Made by a program: the position numbers and the translations under genes. This document shows positions 25,332 through 33,423 of a DNA stretch of 37,556 nucleotides, piece by piece. Location: NCBI GenBank assembly GCA_900320675.1, contig ONTD01000028.1, forward strand, positions 1-37,556. Reading direction: 5' to 3'. Position 1 is the stretch's first letter; each line of letters starts with the position of its first letter. The notes beneath the pieces were generated by a model. It had not been told where the DNA came from and did no database searches. It saw only the letters and a program-made list of their open reading frames with translations. This stretch comes from an uncultured bacterium. GTDB taxonomy: Bacteria; Cyanobacteriota; Vampirovibrionia; Gastranaerophilales; Gastranaerophilaceae.

Positions 25332-25354
25332 AGCCCCAAAAGCGGGGCTTTTTT
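25332..25354 (+). terminator. Orphan intrinsic terminator upstream of ribF
   Basis: AGCCCC-aaaagc-GGGGCT followed by TTTTT. No plus-strand CDS precedes it. Confidence 0.7.
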
Positions 25355-25389
25355 CTTGTCTTTGTTGATAATATTCTTTCTTTGTTTAC

Positions 25390-25397
25390 TGTATAAT
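25390..25397 (+). promoter_or_regulatory. TGTATAAT -10 element placed 6 nt from the ribF ATG (leaderless candidate)
   Basis: TGTATAAT-atttgt-ATG, with no Shine-Dalgarno sequence. Confidence 0.45.
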
Positions 25398-25403
25398 ATT
25401 TGT

Positions 25404-26303
25404 ATGAAAATATTTTCAAAATTAACAGAGAACAGAGATTTAAGTCTTGCATTGGGATATTTTGACGGCGTTCATAAAGGGCATCAGTCAGTTATTAAAA
25501 GAGCTGTAGAATATGCAAAATTGAACTCAAAAAAATCTGCGGTTATAACCTTCAAAGACCATCCGTGTTGTTATTTTTGGGGCGTTTGTCCAAAATATAT
25601 TCTTTCAAGAGAAGAAAGGCGTGCCAAAATAGAAAATTTGGGAGTGGATTATCTTTACGAATTGGATTTTGCTGATGTTGCAGATATGAGTGCAAAAGAT
25701 TATTTAGAGCATGTTATAATAAAATATTTTAGACCTGCGGCGATAACTACCGGATTTAATCATAATTTTGGTTTAAATAAAAGCGGAGATACAAAATTTC
25801 TTTCAGATATGGCAGATACATACGGATACATGTACTTTGAAACTCCGGAACAAAAAGTAACGGGTGAAACTGTCAGCAGTACAAAGATAAGAGAACTTCT
25901 ATCCGGCGGTAAAATAGAATTGGCAAATGATATGCTTGGGTATAAATTCCCAATAGAAGGTGAAGTTGTTGAAGGACAGAAACTCGGCAGAAAAATAGGC
26001 TTTAGAACCGCAAATCTTGTTTACCCGGGGGAGCTTATTGACTTACCGTTTGGAGTTTATTCGGTTGACGTGAAATATGGCGGCAGGGTGTATCGCGGAA
26101 TTACTAATTTTGGGCTTCGCCCTACTGTTTCTGATGATAACAGATGTACTTTAGAAACCCATATTCTGGATTTTGATGAAGAAATTTACGGAAAATCTTT
26201 AAGGATTGAGTTTAACAAGATGATTCGTCCGGAAAAAAAATTTAACTCAATTGATGACTTACGTAATCAAATTAATAAAGATATTGCGATTGCCTATAGA
26301 TAA
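25404..26303 (+). CDS. ribF: Bifunctional riboflavin kinase / FMN adenylyltransferase
   Basis: GYFDGVHKGHQ motif and a C-terminal riboflavin kinase domain. The start is set at ATG 25404 (MKIFSKL). The ORF-track TTG extension from 25356 is hydrophobic junk that overlaps the terminator and promoter. Confidence 0.92.
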   Translation: MKIFSKLTENRDLSLALGYFDGVHKGHQSVIKRAVEYAKLNSKKSAVITFKDHPCCYFWGVCPKYILSREERRAKIENLGVDYLYELDFADVADMSAKDYLEHVIIKYFRPAAITTGFNHNFGLNKSGDTKFLSDMADTYGYMYFETPEQKVTGETVSSTKIRELLSGGKIELANDMLGYKFPIEGEVVEGQKLGRKIGFRTANLVYPGELIDLPFGVYSVDVKYGGRVYRGITNFGLRPTVSDDNRCTLETHILDFDEEIYGKSLRIEFNKMIRPEKKFNSIDDLRNQINKDIAIAYR

Positions 26304-26305
26304 AA

Positions 26306-26845
26306 TTATTTTATAAGAGCCTGAACTTCTTTAAATTTGGGGTGCTTTGCGCCTTTTAGCCATTCAAAAAGTATTATTTCCAAACAAGATATTTTTGCGC
26401 CGGAGTTTTTCATAGCTTCTATTCCTGCTTTAAATTCGTATTTATTTCGGCTTGCACATATATCTTTTGCAATTACAACTTCAAATCCGGCTTCAATAAG
26501 TTCAAGTGCAGTTTGATATACACAGATATGTGTTTCTATTCCGCAAATCACAATTTGCTTTTTGCCGTACGATTTTAATTTATCAAGGAACCCTTCTTCT
26601 CTTAAAAGCGAGAAACTTGTTTTTTCAATAAATTCCGTACTATTATCTAAATTTAATTTAATTGAATTTACGGTGTTTCCAAGTCCTTTAGGGTACTGTT
26701 CGCTAACTATTACGGGGATATTTAATATTTTTGCTGCAGCGACAAGTTTTGCAGCCTTTTCTGTAATAATATCTTTTTCAAGTGCTGATACAAGGCGTTC
26801 TTGTATATCAATTACAAGTACAAGAGAATTATTTTCATCTAACAT
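26306..26845 (-). CDS. Isochorismatase-family hydrolase
   Basis: 179 aa with the cysteine hydrolase fold pattern (LVLVIDIQE...VICGIETHICV). Confidence 0.85.
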   Translation of the reverse strand: MLDENNSLVLVIDIQERLVSALEKDIITEKAAKLVAAAKILNIPVIVSEQYPKGLGNTVNSIKLNLDNSTEFIEKTSFSLLREEGFLDKLKSYGKKQIVICGIETHICVYQTALELIEAGFEVVIAKDICASRNKYEFKAGIEAMKNSGAKISCLEIILFEWLKGAKHPKFKEVQALIK

Positions 26846-26858
26846 TTAAACGTTACTC

Positions 26859-28097
26859 CTAGTGGATATGTCTGTATATTCCGATAAATTCATTAACAAA
26901 GCCTTCTAATAGGTCGTTAATTCTATCTTGAGTTATGTCGGAAAGCGGAAGATTAAATTCACGATTTTCAGGTGAATCAAACCCTGAATGGGTGATATAT
27001 ACAATGACTTTAGAGTAAGCCGGATATATCATTGTAAAGCGGCTCTCATTTTTCCCGCATATTATTCTAAAGACACTCTGGCTTTCATCGGTAAATTGTG
27101 CTATTTTTGCTTCCCCTATTTTTTCTTCATAAGCTTTTTGTACTCTGTAGAATACCGGAGCAATAGTATTTTCTATTTTTTTAGTAAACGCTTTTTTCAA
27201 AAACTTAAAAGTTTTTTCTTCTTTTTCCGGAATTTCAAGCCAATCCTCAGAGTTCGTTTCTTCTGTTGAAAATACTATATAATCAGAATTGTTAAGCATT
27301 GCACTATTTAATGCACATATAGCTTTCTTCTTTATTTCTTTAAAATCTTTCCCGTCTATCATTGATATGCCGCATTTTATGGTGCATTTTTCCGGTAGTT
27401 CGGATTTGATTTTTTCTAATACCTTAATCGCTCCGTCTACACCTGTGTGTAGTAATAATGAATATTTTGAACCGGTTGAATTTGATACAATATCTCCGGT
27501 TCGAACTGATTTTTGAAGAGCGTATTCAAATTTTTCGCACGAGAATTCTTTTTTACCGTTTTCATCAGGAGATATCAGCATATATGTCCCGCCGATATAA
27601 TCCTCTCTGTGTATTTCCTTTTCAAGAACTTCATCTTCAAATTTAGGATTATAAAAACCGCTATCTTTATCCAATATCCCGTAATAAGACAAAGATGATG
27701 CATATCTTCTGATTTTTGAGTTAAGTTCGGATTTCCTAATACTGTTGATTACCCTGATTAAGATTTCAGAGGGTTCGGAATTGACTGTAATATAATCATC
27801 TATTCCTTGGTCATATGCATACAAGATAAATGCTCTGTCGTAGTTGTTCACAAGTAATATAATATTTGAATTTGAAAAAATTCTGCGTTCTTTTAGGTAT
27901 TTTATTAGCCCTGTTGTCTTTTCTCTGTTTTCATGTTCATGAAGAATAATGATATCAGGTCTTAAATCGTACAATACGTCAGGTGCGTTATCGTAATTTG
28001 CGGCAAGCAGCTTATCAGAGCTCCTTAATAAAACCAAATTTTCCTGAAGCTTTGTTTTTATTTCATCTTGATTTGTAATTAATATGATAGTATTCAT
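26859..28097 (-). CDS. Pseudo-receiver / degenerate GGDEF domain protein with unknown C-terminal domain
   Basis: The REC-like N-terminus lacks the phospho-Asp (PDIIILHEHE) and the conserved Lys (DDYITVNSEP). The GGDEF-like core has DKDSGFYNPKFEDEV and RTGDIVSNSTGSKYSLLL. The start is set at ATG 28097, 4 nt after the ftsX stop. Confidence 0.65.
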   Translation of the reverse strand: MNTIILITNQDEIKTKLQENLVLLRSSDKLLAANYDNAPDVLYDLRPDIIILHEHENREKTTGLIKYLKERRIFSNSNIILLVNNYDRAFILYAYDQGIDDYITVNSEPSEILIRVINSIRKSELNSKIRRYASSLSYYGILDKDSGFYNPKFEDEVLEKEIHREDYIGGTYMLISPDENGKKEFSCEKFEYALQKSVRTGDIVSNSTGSKYSLLLHTGVDGAIKVLEKIKSELPEKCTIKCGISMIDGKDFKEIKKKAICALNSAMLNNSDYIVFSTEETNSEDWLEIPEKEEKTFKFLKKAFTKKIENTIAPVFYRVQKAYEEKIGEAKIAQFTDESQSVFRIICGKNESRFTMIYPAYSKVIVYITHSGFDSPENREFNLPLSDITQDRINDLLEGFVNEFIGIYRHIH

Positions 28098-28101
28098 ATC
28101 C

Positions 28102-29004
28102 CTACACTTGCAAATGTTTCTTGATACACAGTAAACTTCCGCCGGCACCGAACAGTATTCCCATTGCAAACATTGTTAATGCAACGGTTGTTTGTGCAAA
28201 TTGAGGCGTCGGAACCATGAAGAACTGATGAGCATGCAGCAGCCAGTTTTCTACAAAATGTAACGGTATGAACGCTACTATGGAACCGACAAATCCGTAA
28301 AATGCCCCTTGCATAAGCAGCGGAAATCTTATATACCAGTTACTTACGCCCATTAATCTCATGATTTCTATCTCATCTTTTCTGGATTGTATAACCAATT
28401 GTATTGTATTGTTAATAATCGTAATGGTCAGTATCCCAAGAATTATTACAACAAGTATTGTTATGGTATTTACGACGTGATTAAGCATTTGTATTTTTTT
28501 TGCTAAAGCCTGAGCGTAACTCATGTCTTCAACAGACGAAAGTGTTTTAATTTTTGAAAATACTGTGTCAATGTTTTCAGGTTTGTCTACTTTTACGTGA
28601 AGCGTATCAGGAAGCGGGTTTTCAACATCAGGCAGTTTCATCTCTCTTTTTAAATCAGCCCATGATTGAGCTTTTGAGACAATCTTAACACTTTCGACAT
28701 GTTCAAATTCGCCTACTCTGTTTTTTGCAATGTTAGCATCAGCATCTGACTTTAAGTAAACAGATATTTCCAGCACGTTGCCGAGTTCGTGTGCAAATGA
28801 AGATATTGTCATTGCCGAACGGAAAAACGCTCCAAATATTGTAAGAATGGCTGCCATGGTTGTAATTATTACCAAATTTACGACACCTGTTCTTTTAATA
28901 TCGTTAAAGGTCTCCATTGTCAGTCTGTATAATATTCTCAACTCGCAGAGCCAGTCTTTCGGAATATGTTTTTTTACTTCTTTTTTTATAGTCTGTTTAC
29001 TCAT
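28102..29004 (-). CDS. ftsX: Cell division ABC transporter permease FtsX
   Basis: 300 aa with an N-terminal TM helix, a ~110-aa extracytoplasmic domain and a C-terminal 3-TM FtsX bundle. It overlaps ftsE by 8 nt. Confidence 0.9.
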   Translation of the reverse strand: MSKQTIKKEVKKHIPKDWLCELRILYRLTMETFNDIKRTGVVNLVIITTMAAILTIFGAFFRSAMTISSFAHELGNVLEISVYLKSDADANIAKNRVGEFEHVESVKIVSKAQSWADLKREMKLPDVENPLPDTLHVKVDKPENIDTVFSKIKTLSSVEDMSYAQALAKKIQMLNHVVNTITILVVIILGILTITIINNTIQLVIQSRKDEIEIMRLMGVSNWYIRFPLLMQGAFYGFVGSIVAFIPLHFVENWLLHAHQFFMVPTPQFAQTTVALTMFAMGILFGAGGSLLCIKKHLQV

Positions 29005-29674
29005 ATGTACCTGCTTGAATATCTCTTATAACTTCGCCCTTATCAAGGGTAATAACACGTTTTCTAAAGTAATCAACCATAGCGTTATCGTGAGTAGATA
29101 CAATAACAGTAATGCCGCGTTGATTAATTTGATCCAAAATTTGCATAATTTCCAGCGAGTTTTTCGGGTCTAAGTTACCTGTAGGTTCATCCGCTATCAA
29201 AAGCGGCGGACCGTTAACAATTGCCCTTGCTATACCGACTCTTTGTTGCTCGCCGCCGGACAATTCCGATGGGGTTGCGTGAATTTTATTTTCCAAACCG
29301 ACAATTTTTAATGCCCCCATTACTCTGGCGTTAATTTCTCTTGTACTCATGCCTAAAGTTCTGATTACATAAGCAACATTGTCATATATACTCATGTTTT
29401 GAAGAAGTTTATAATCCTGAAATACAATTCCCATACATCTTCTCAAACTAGGTATTTTATCGTTTGAAAGGTTTGCGATATTTATTCCGCCAATAGTAAC
29501 AGTACCGCTTGTCGGGCATTCTTCGTGGTATAAAAGTTTCATCAGGGTTGATTTCCCTGCACCGGAAGCTCCGACTACGAAAACGAACTCCCCTGCCATA
29601 ATGTCAAGATTTACGTTTTTTAATGCGTAGTTTCCGGTTTTATATTTTTTTGTTACCGATCTAAATTGAATCAT
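28997..29674 (-). CDS. ftsE: Cell division ATP-binding protein FtsE
   Basis: 225 aa with Walker A GASGAGKST, signature LSGGEQQRVGIARA and Walker B LLIADEPTGNLD. Confidence 0.92.
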   Translation of the reverse strand: MIQFRSVTKKYKTGNYALKNVNLDIMAGEFVFVVGASGAGKSTLMKLLYHEECPTSGTVTIGGINIANLSNDKIPSLRRCMGIVFQDYKLLQNMSIYDNVAYVIRTLGMSTREINARVMGALKIVGLENKIHATPSELSGGEQQRVGIARAIVNGPPLLIADEPTGNLDPKNSLEIMQILDQINQRGITVIVSTHDNAMVDYFRKRVITLDKGEVIRDIQAGTYE

Positions 29675-29695
29675 TCTTTATATTTTCCCTTACTT

Positions 29696-30661
29696 TTATT
29701 TTACCAATCTGAACCTGTCAATTTGTTTCTTGATTGTTTTAACTAATTTATTGGCATTTAATCCGTAGTAATCAAGCAATTCATCCCACTTGCCGCTCTG
29801 GCCGAAGGTATCATTTACTCCGAGTCTTATCACAGGCATAGGATAGTAATATGATAATAATTCACAAACAGAACTGCCGAGTCCGCCTATAATAGAGTGG
29901 TTTTCAACAGTTATAACAAATTTTGTCTGTTTTGCCTTTTCAATAATTGTAGAACTATCCAAAGGTTTTACTACAGGTACGTGTAATACTTGTACGGAGT
30001 ATCCTTCTTTTTCTAATTCTCTTGCTGCAAATATAACTTCAGCAAGAGTTTCTCCGTTTGTAATTACCGTAACATCAGTTCCTTCTTGTATAACGTTGGC
30101 TTTGCAAAAATCAAATTCGTAATCGTTGTCAAAAACGTCGTATACATTTGTCCTTGGAATTCTTATGTACATAGGTCCGTAATTCTCTGCGGCAAATTTT
30201 ATAACCTGTTCACATTCTCTGCAGTCAGCAGGCACAATAACTGACATATTTGGAATTCCTCGCATAAGAGAGATATCTTCTAATGCCTGATGACTTGCTC
30301 CGTCTTCTCCGACTGTTACTCCGCCGTGAGTACCAATAATCTTAACGTTGAATTCAGGATAACACACGGAATTCCTTATTTGATCATAAGGTCTTCCTGT
30401 CGCAAACATAGCAAAGGTAGCGACAAACGGAATTTTTCCAACAGATGCAAGTCCGGCTGCAGCTGCTATCATATCTTGTTCCGCAATTCCCATATCAAAA
30501 AATCTTTCGGGAAATTCTTTGCCGAACATTGCTGTTTGGGTTGAGCATGCTAAATCTGCATCCAATACGACGATATCTTTGTTTTTCTTGCCTTCCTCTA
30601 CCAGAGCCTTACCGAATGCATTCCTAATAGACTTTCTTTCGCTTATATTTGCTAAAACCAT
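29696..30661 (-). CDS. Transketolase, C-terminal (pyrimidine-binding plus C-terminal domain) subunit
   Basis: 321 aa with FFDMGIAEQDMIAAAAGLA and the typical split-transketolase B-subunit length. No N-terminal subunit gene is adjacent. Confidence 0.88.
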   Translation of the reverse strand: MVLANISERKSIRNAFGKALVEEGKKNKDIVVLDADLACSTQTAMFGKEFPERFFDMGIAEQDMIAAAAGLASVGKIPFVATFAMFATGRPYDQIRNSVCYPEFNVKIIGTHGGVTVGEDGASHQALEDISLMRGIPNMSVIVPADCRECEQVIKFAAENYGPMYIRIPRTNVYDVFDNDYEFDFCKANVIQEGTDVTVITNGETLAEVIFAARELEKEGYSVQVLHVPVVKPLDSSTIIEKAKQTKFVITVENHSIIGGLGSSVCELLSYYYPMPVIRLGVNDTFGQSGKWDELLDYYGLNANKLVKTIKKQIDRFRLVK

Positions 30662-30708
30662 ATTTCCTTATATACCCTTTTTAAAATGAAATATTATCTC
30701 TCCTCTTC

Positions 30709-30737
30709 AGTATAGCACAAAAATTTTTAAATCTCAA
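30709..30737 (-). promoter_or_regulatory. Sigma70-type promoter of the tkt-ftsEX operon (TTGAGA-17-TATACT with a TGn extension)
   Basis: Minus-strand hexamers at 30737-30732 and 30714-30709. TGC immediately precedes TATACT. Confidence 0.55.
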
Positions 30738-30783
30738 AAATATTGATTTTATTGAATTATATTAAATTTTATTTGCATTTACA

Positions 30784-30822
30784 TGTTAAGAATTGTTAAA
30801 ACATGTGCAAATTCTAGCAATA
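30784..30822 (+). promoter_or_regulatory. TGTTAA-box promoter-like element S3
   Basis: TGTTAA-GAAT-TGTTAA-aacatgtgcaaattc-TAGCAATA. It ends 71 nt upstream of ATG 30894. Confidence 0.6.
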
Positions 30823-30893
30823 AATTTTCTTGAGAGGTATTTAACAGGTAGAATAGGAATAGACAATATTATTTATTGAAAGGAAAAGATAAA

Positions 30894-32021
30894 ATGATGC
30901 AAATTCCAAATTTACCCAATTGCAAACCGGTAGCACAACAACAGCCGAGCTACAATGCAGTTAAAATTGACATCCACAATCCGATGGTGAATGTTCCGAC
31001 AGGTCAGATTCCTGCAGTTGAACCTCAGTATGAAAAAACAACGGCACCTATTTATGAGTATCCGAAAGCTGAAACTCAACCATATTACATGCCGCCGCAA
31101 ATTACAGCTCCGGAAGTATCTGCTCAATCGCAAACTCCCGTAGTCGTTCCTCCGGCAGTAAACCCTCAACCTGAACAAACTGTTGCCAGAGAAATCCCTC
31201 TTAATCCGGAAAAAATTCCGCCGGCACCGGTTGTAACAGAAGCTCCAAAGTCTGAAGAAAAGAAAAACGAACAGGTAAAAGATGAGGTCAGAGAAGAAGC
31301 TCCGGCTGCCGCAGAAAAACCTGTAGAAGTTGTAGAACCTGAAGAAATTAAACCTCAAGTTGATATAAATGAATTTATCGCAAAATTAACAAATCCTGAT
31401 TATGACGTTCAAGCTGCTGCTATGGAACAAATAGCGGATATGGTTGATAACGATAAAGAAAAAGCCTCAGATTTGTTAGATACAAAAGTAGTTGATGCTT
31501 TAAACGATATAATCAAAGCTGATACAACAGCTTTAGAAGGCCCTAGTGCTGAAGTTCAAGCTCAGAGAAAATCTATAAACGAATCTCAAATGGCAAAAGA
31601 AGAAAAAGCCGCTGCTCTTGAAGCAACCATAACTCCTAAAGAAAAAGCGGAAAGAAATAAAAGTTACGCAATCTTTACAGCAGCAATCTTACAAAAATTG
31701 TACGGTGATGAAGTAAAAAGATTGAAAAATATGACAGTTCCTCTAACTGAACTCCCTGGTGCAATTACTATGGTTGAACAGTTAAAAGGAAATCCGAACC
31801 CGACAGTCAGAGCGTCTGCTATCGAAGCTTTAAGCTACATCCAAGACCCAAGCTACAAAAAAGACTTGAAGACTGTGTTCGAAATAGCTCAAAATGATCA
31901 GGATGAAAATGTAAGAGCTGCAGCTACAGAAGCTTTAGATAAATTAAACAAAATAGCTGATGAAGTTGCCCTAAACCCTGAAAATAAAGAGCAAATTGAA
32001 AAAACAAAACAAGCTGCATAA
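30894..32021 (+). CDS. Pro/Glu/Val-rich N-terminal region plus C-terminal HEAT (PBS-lyase-like) repeats
   Basis: HEAT-like repeats are present (NPNPTVRASAIEALSYIQDP and DQDENVRAAATEALDKL). The start is set at ATG 30894, after the AAAGGAAAAG RBS. TGTTAA-box promoter S3 lies upstream and a terminator lies downstream. Confidence 0.7.
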   Translation: MMQIPNLPNCKPVAQQQPSYNAVKIDIHNPMVNVPTGQIPAVEPQYEKTTAPIYEYPKAETQPYYMPPQITAPEVSAQSQTPVVVPPAVNPQPEQTVAREIPLNPEKIPPAPVVTEAPKSEEKKNEQVKDEVREEAPAAAEKPVEVVEPEEIKPQVDINEFIAKLTNPDYDVQAAAMEQIADMVDNDKEKASDLLDTKVVDALNDIIKADTTALEGPSAEVQAQRKSINESQMAKEEKAAALEATITPKEKAERNKSYAIFTAAILQKLYGDEVKRLKNMTVPLTELPGAITMVEQLKGNPNPTVRASAIEALSYIQDPSYKKDLKTVFEIAQNDQDENVRAAATEALDKLNKIADEVALNPENKEQIEKTKQAA

Positions 32022-32060
32022 ATAATACTAAATTCCTTTCTTTAAATAAGACAGCGTAAA

Positions 32061-32087
32061 AGCTCCCGACAAAATCGGGAGCTTTTA
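32061..32087 (+). terminator. Intrinsic terminator of the HEAT-repeat gene
   Basis: 9-bp stem AGCTCCCGA / TCGGGAGCT with a 5-nt loop, followed by TTTTATTATT. Confidence 0.75.
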
Positions 32088-32189
32088 TTATTAAGTTTTT
32101 TTAACATAATCCGTTTAAAGTTAAAGTTTTTTTTATTTATGCCGTCTTACATAATAATGAAACCACAAAATTCTAAGGAGTATATATTT

Positions 32190-32420
32190 ATGAACAGAGA
32201 ATTTGACTTTATTGATCTTTACTACCTCAACGATGTCAGTGAACCTGCAATTATTCCCGAGGACTTCACAATTTTTGAAGATAATTTAAAATCTTCTTTG
32301 GCATCTGATGTTATAAAAATTACTGATGATAGTGAAGTATCTGATGACGTGGTATATACGTATGCAAAATTTATGGAAATTTTGGATACCCAAGGCCTTG
32401 AAGGTCTCGTTAATACATAG
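32190..32420 (+). CDS. Hypothetical small acidic protein (76 aa)
   Basis: The ATG at 32190 is preceded by an AAGGAG RBS at good spacing. The protein is D/E-rich and I recognise no family. Confidence 0.45.
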   Translation: MNREFDFIDLYYLNDVSEPAIIPEDFTIFEDNLKSSLASDVIKITDDSEVSDDVVYTYAKFMEILDTQGLEGLVNT

Positions 32421-32451
32421 TAATAAAATATAGATATTTATATAAGGTCTG

Positions 32452-32460
32452 TGCTAAAAT
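32452..32460 (+). promoter_or_regulatory. Extended -10 (TGCTAAAAT) placed 6 nt from the rsmH ATG (leaderless candidate)
   Basis: TGcTAAAAT-tttttt-ATG, with no Shine-Dalgarno sequence. Confidence 0.4.
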
Positions 32461-32466
32461 TTTTTT

Positions 32467-33399
32467 ATGGATGAATTTAAGCACTATACTGTAATGAAAA
32501 ACGAAGCCGTTGATGCTTTAAATTGCACCAACGGTCTTGTTTATGTTGATTGTACTTTAGGGGGCGGCGGACATAGTGAGCTGATATTGAACCGTATTCA
32601 GCCTGACGGCAGGCTCATAGCCTTTGATATTGATGAAGATGCAATAAGTGCATCAAAAGAAAGGCTAAAAGATTACAAAAACTTAACAATTGTAAAAGAT
32701 TCATACACAAATATTAAGAAAGTTTTACAAAATTTAGGGATAGAAAAAATTACGGGCGGCGTATTGTTTGATTTGGGTGCTTCGTATCATCAGTTAACAA
32801 AGGCAGAAAGAGGCTTTTCTTTTTCTAAAGAGGCACATTTGGATATGAGATTTGATAAAAGCAGTACTTTATCTGCCTATGATGTTGTAAATACCTATTC
32901 TGAAGCGGATTTGGTGCGAATTTTTTCTGAATATGGAGAGGAACATTTTTCAAAAAGAATTGCGAAAAAAATAATTGAAGTAAGAAAGGTTAAAAAGCTT
33001 GAAACAACTACGGAATTGGCAGATTTAATTGTGTCGGCGACACCTCGTGTAAAATCGAGTGTACACCCCGCTACAAGGGTTTTTCAGGCGATTAGAATAG
33101 AAGTTAATCAAGAGTTAACAAATGTAAAAAATACATTGAATGATGTGTTGGATTTGTTAGATGTTGGTGCTATAATAAGTGTAATAAGTTTTCACTCGTT
33201 AGAGGATAGGATAGTAAAACAGATATTCAAATACCACTCTCAGAGGTGTCATTGCGATAAAACTCAGATGATTTGCAAATGTCCCCCGCCGAGATTGGAA
33301 TTGATAAATAAGAAACCTATAACGGCGACAGAAGGGGAAATTAGGGAAAATCCGCCGTCAAGGAGTGCAAAACTTAGAATTGCAAGATGTATAAATTAA
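32467..33399 (+). CDS. rsmH: 16S rRNA (cytosine1402-N4)-methyltransferase
   Basis: 310 aa with the HYTVM..EAV N-terminus, the GGGGHS SAM motif and the FHSLEDRIVK motif. Confidence 0.95.
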   Translation: MDEFKHYTVMKNEAVDALNCTNGLVYVDCTLGGGGHSELILNRIQPDGRLIAFDIDEDAISASKERLKDYKNLTIVKDSYTNIKKVLQNLGIEKITGGVLFDLGASYHQLTKAERGFSFSKEAHLDMRFDKSSTLSAYDVVNTYSEADLVRIFSEYGEEHFSKRIAKKIIEVRKVKKLETTTELADLIVSATPRVKSSVHPATRVFQAIRIEVNQELTNVKNTLNDVLDLLDVGAIISVISFHSLEDRIVKQIFKYHSQRCHCDKTQMICKCPPPRLELINKKPITATEGEIRENPPSRSAKLRIARCIN

Positions 33400-33423
33400 A
33401 AGTTGGGTAAGTTGAGCAGATAA

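Larger units (their letters stand above)
25211..25354 (+). ncRNA. Candidate ~145-nt small RNA (S4 promoter to orphan terminator)
   Basis: It is bounded by S4 and the hairpin plus U-run at 25332-25354. I saw no ATG/GTG/TTG-initiated ORF of meaningful length. It contains (GA)n blocks and a CU-rich patch, AUUCCUAUUCCUACCUUCCUAA. Confidence 0.4.

Noticed and set aside
25205-25403. An FMN riboswitch or attenuator leader for ribF, suggested by a terminator directly upstream of a flavin gene.
   Set aside because: The interval shows none of the conserved FMN-aptamer features I would expect (no multi-helix junction with the conserved G-rich/AGUCCC-type segments). ribF is not a typical FMN-riboswitch target. 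A separate -10 element lies between the terminator and the ATG. An independent small transcript fits better, but only a covariance-model search can exclude a riboswitch.
8464-30822. Reading the TGTTAA boxes as flagellar sigma28/FliA promoters (TAAA-N15-GCCGATAA), given the similar 15-nt spacing.
   Set aside because: The downstream 8-mers (TGGCAATT, TGAAATTA, TAGCAATA) do not match GCCGATAA. No flagellar or chemotaxis gene is in the window. The sigma-factor or activator identity is left open.
30912-31358. A minus-strand 148-aa R/F/C-rich ORF.
   Set aside because: It is an antisense shadow of the Pro/Glu-rich coding region (CCN and GAA codons read backwards). Its composition is implausible.
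32190-32420. Calling the small ORF upstream of rsmH mraZ because of its position.
   Set aside because: It is half the length of MraZ, strongly acidic, and shows no duplicated SpoVT/AbrB-like pattern.
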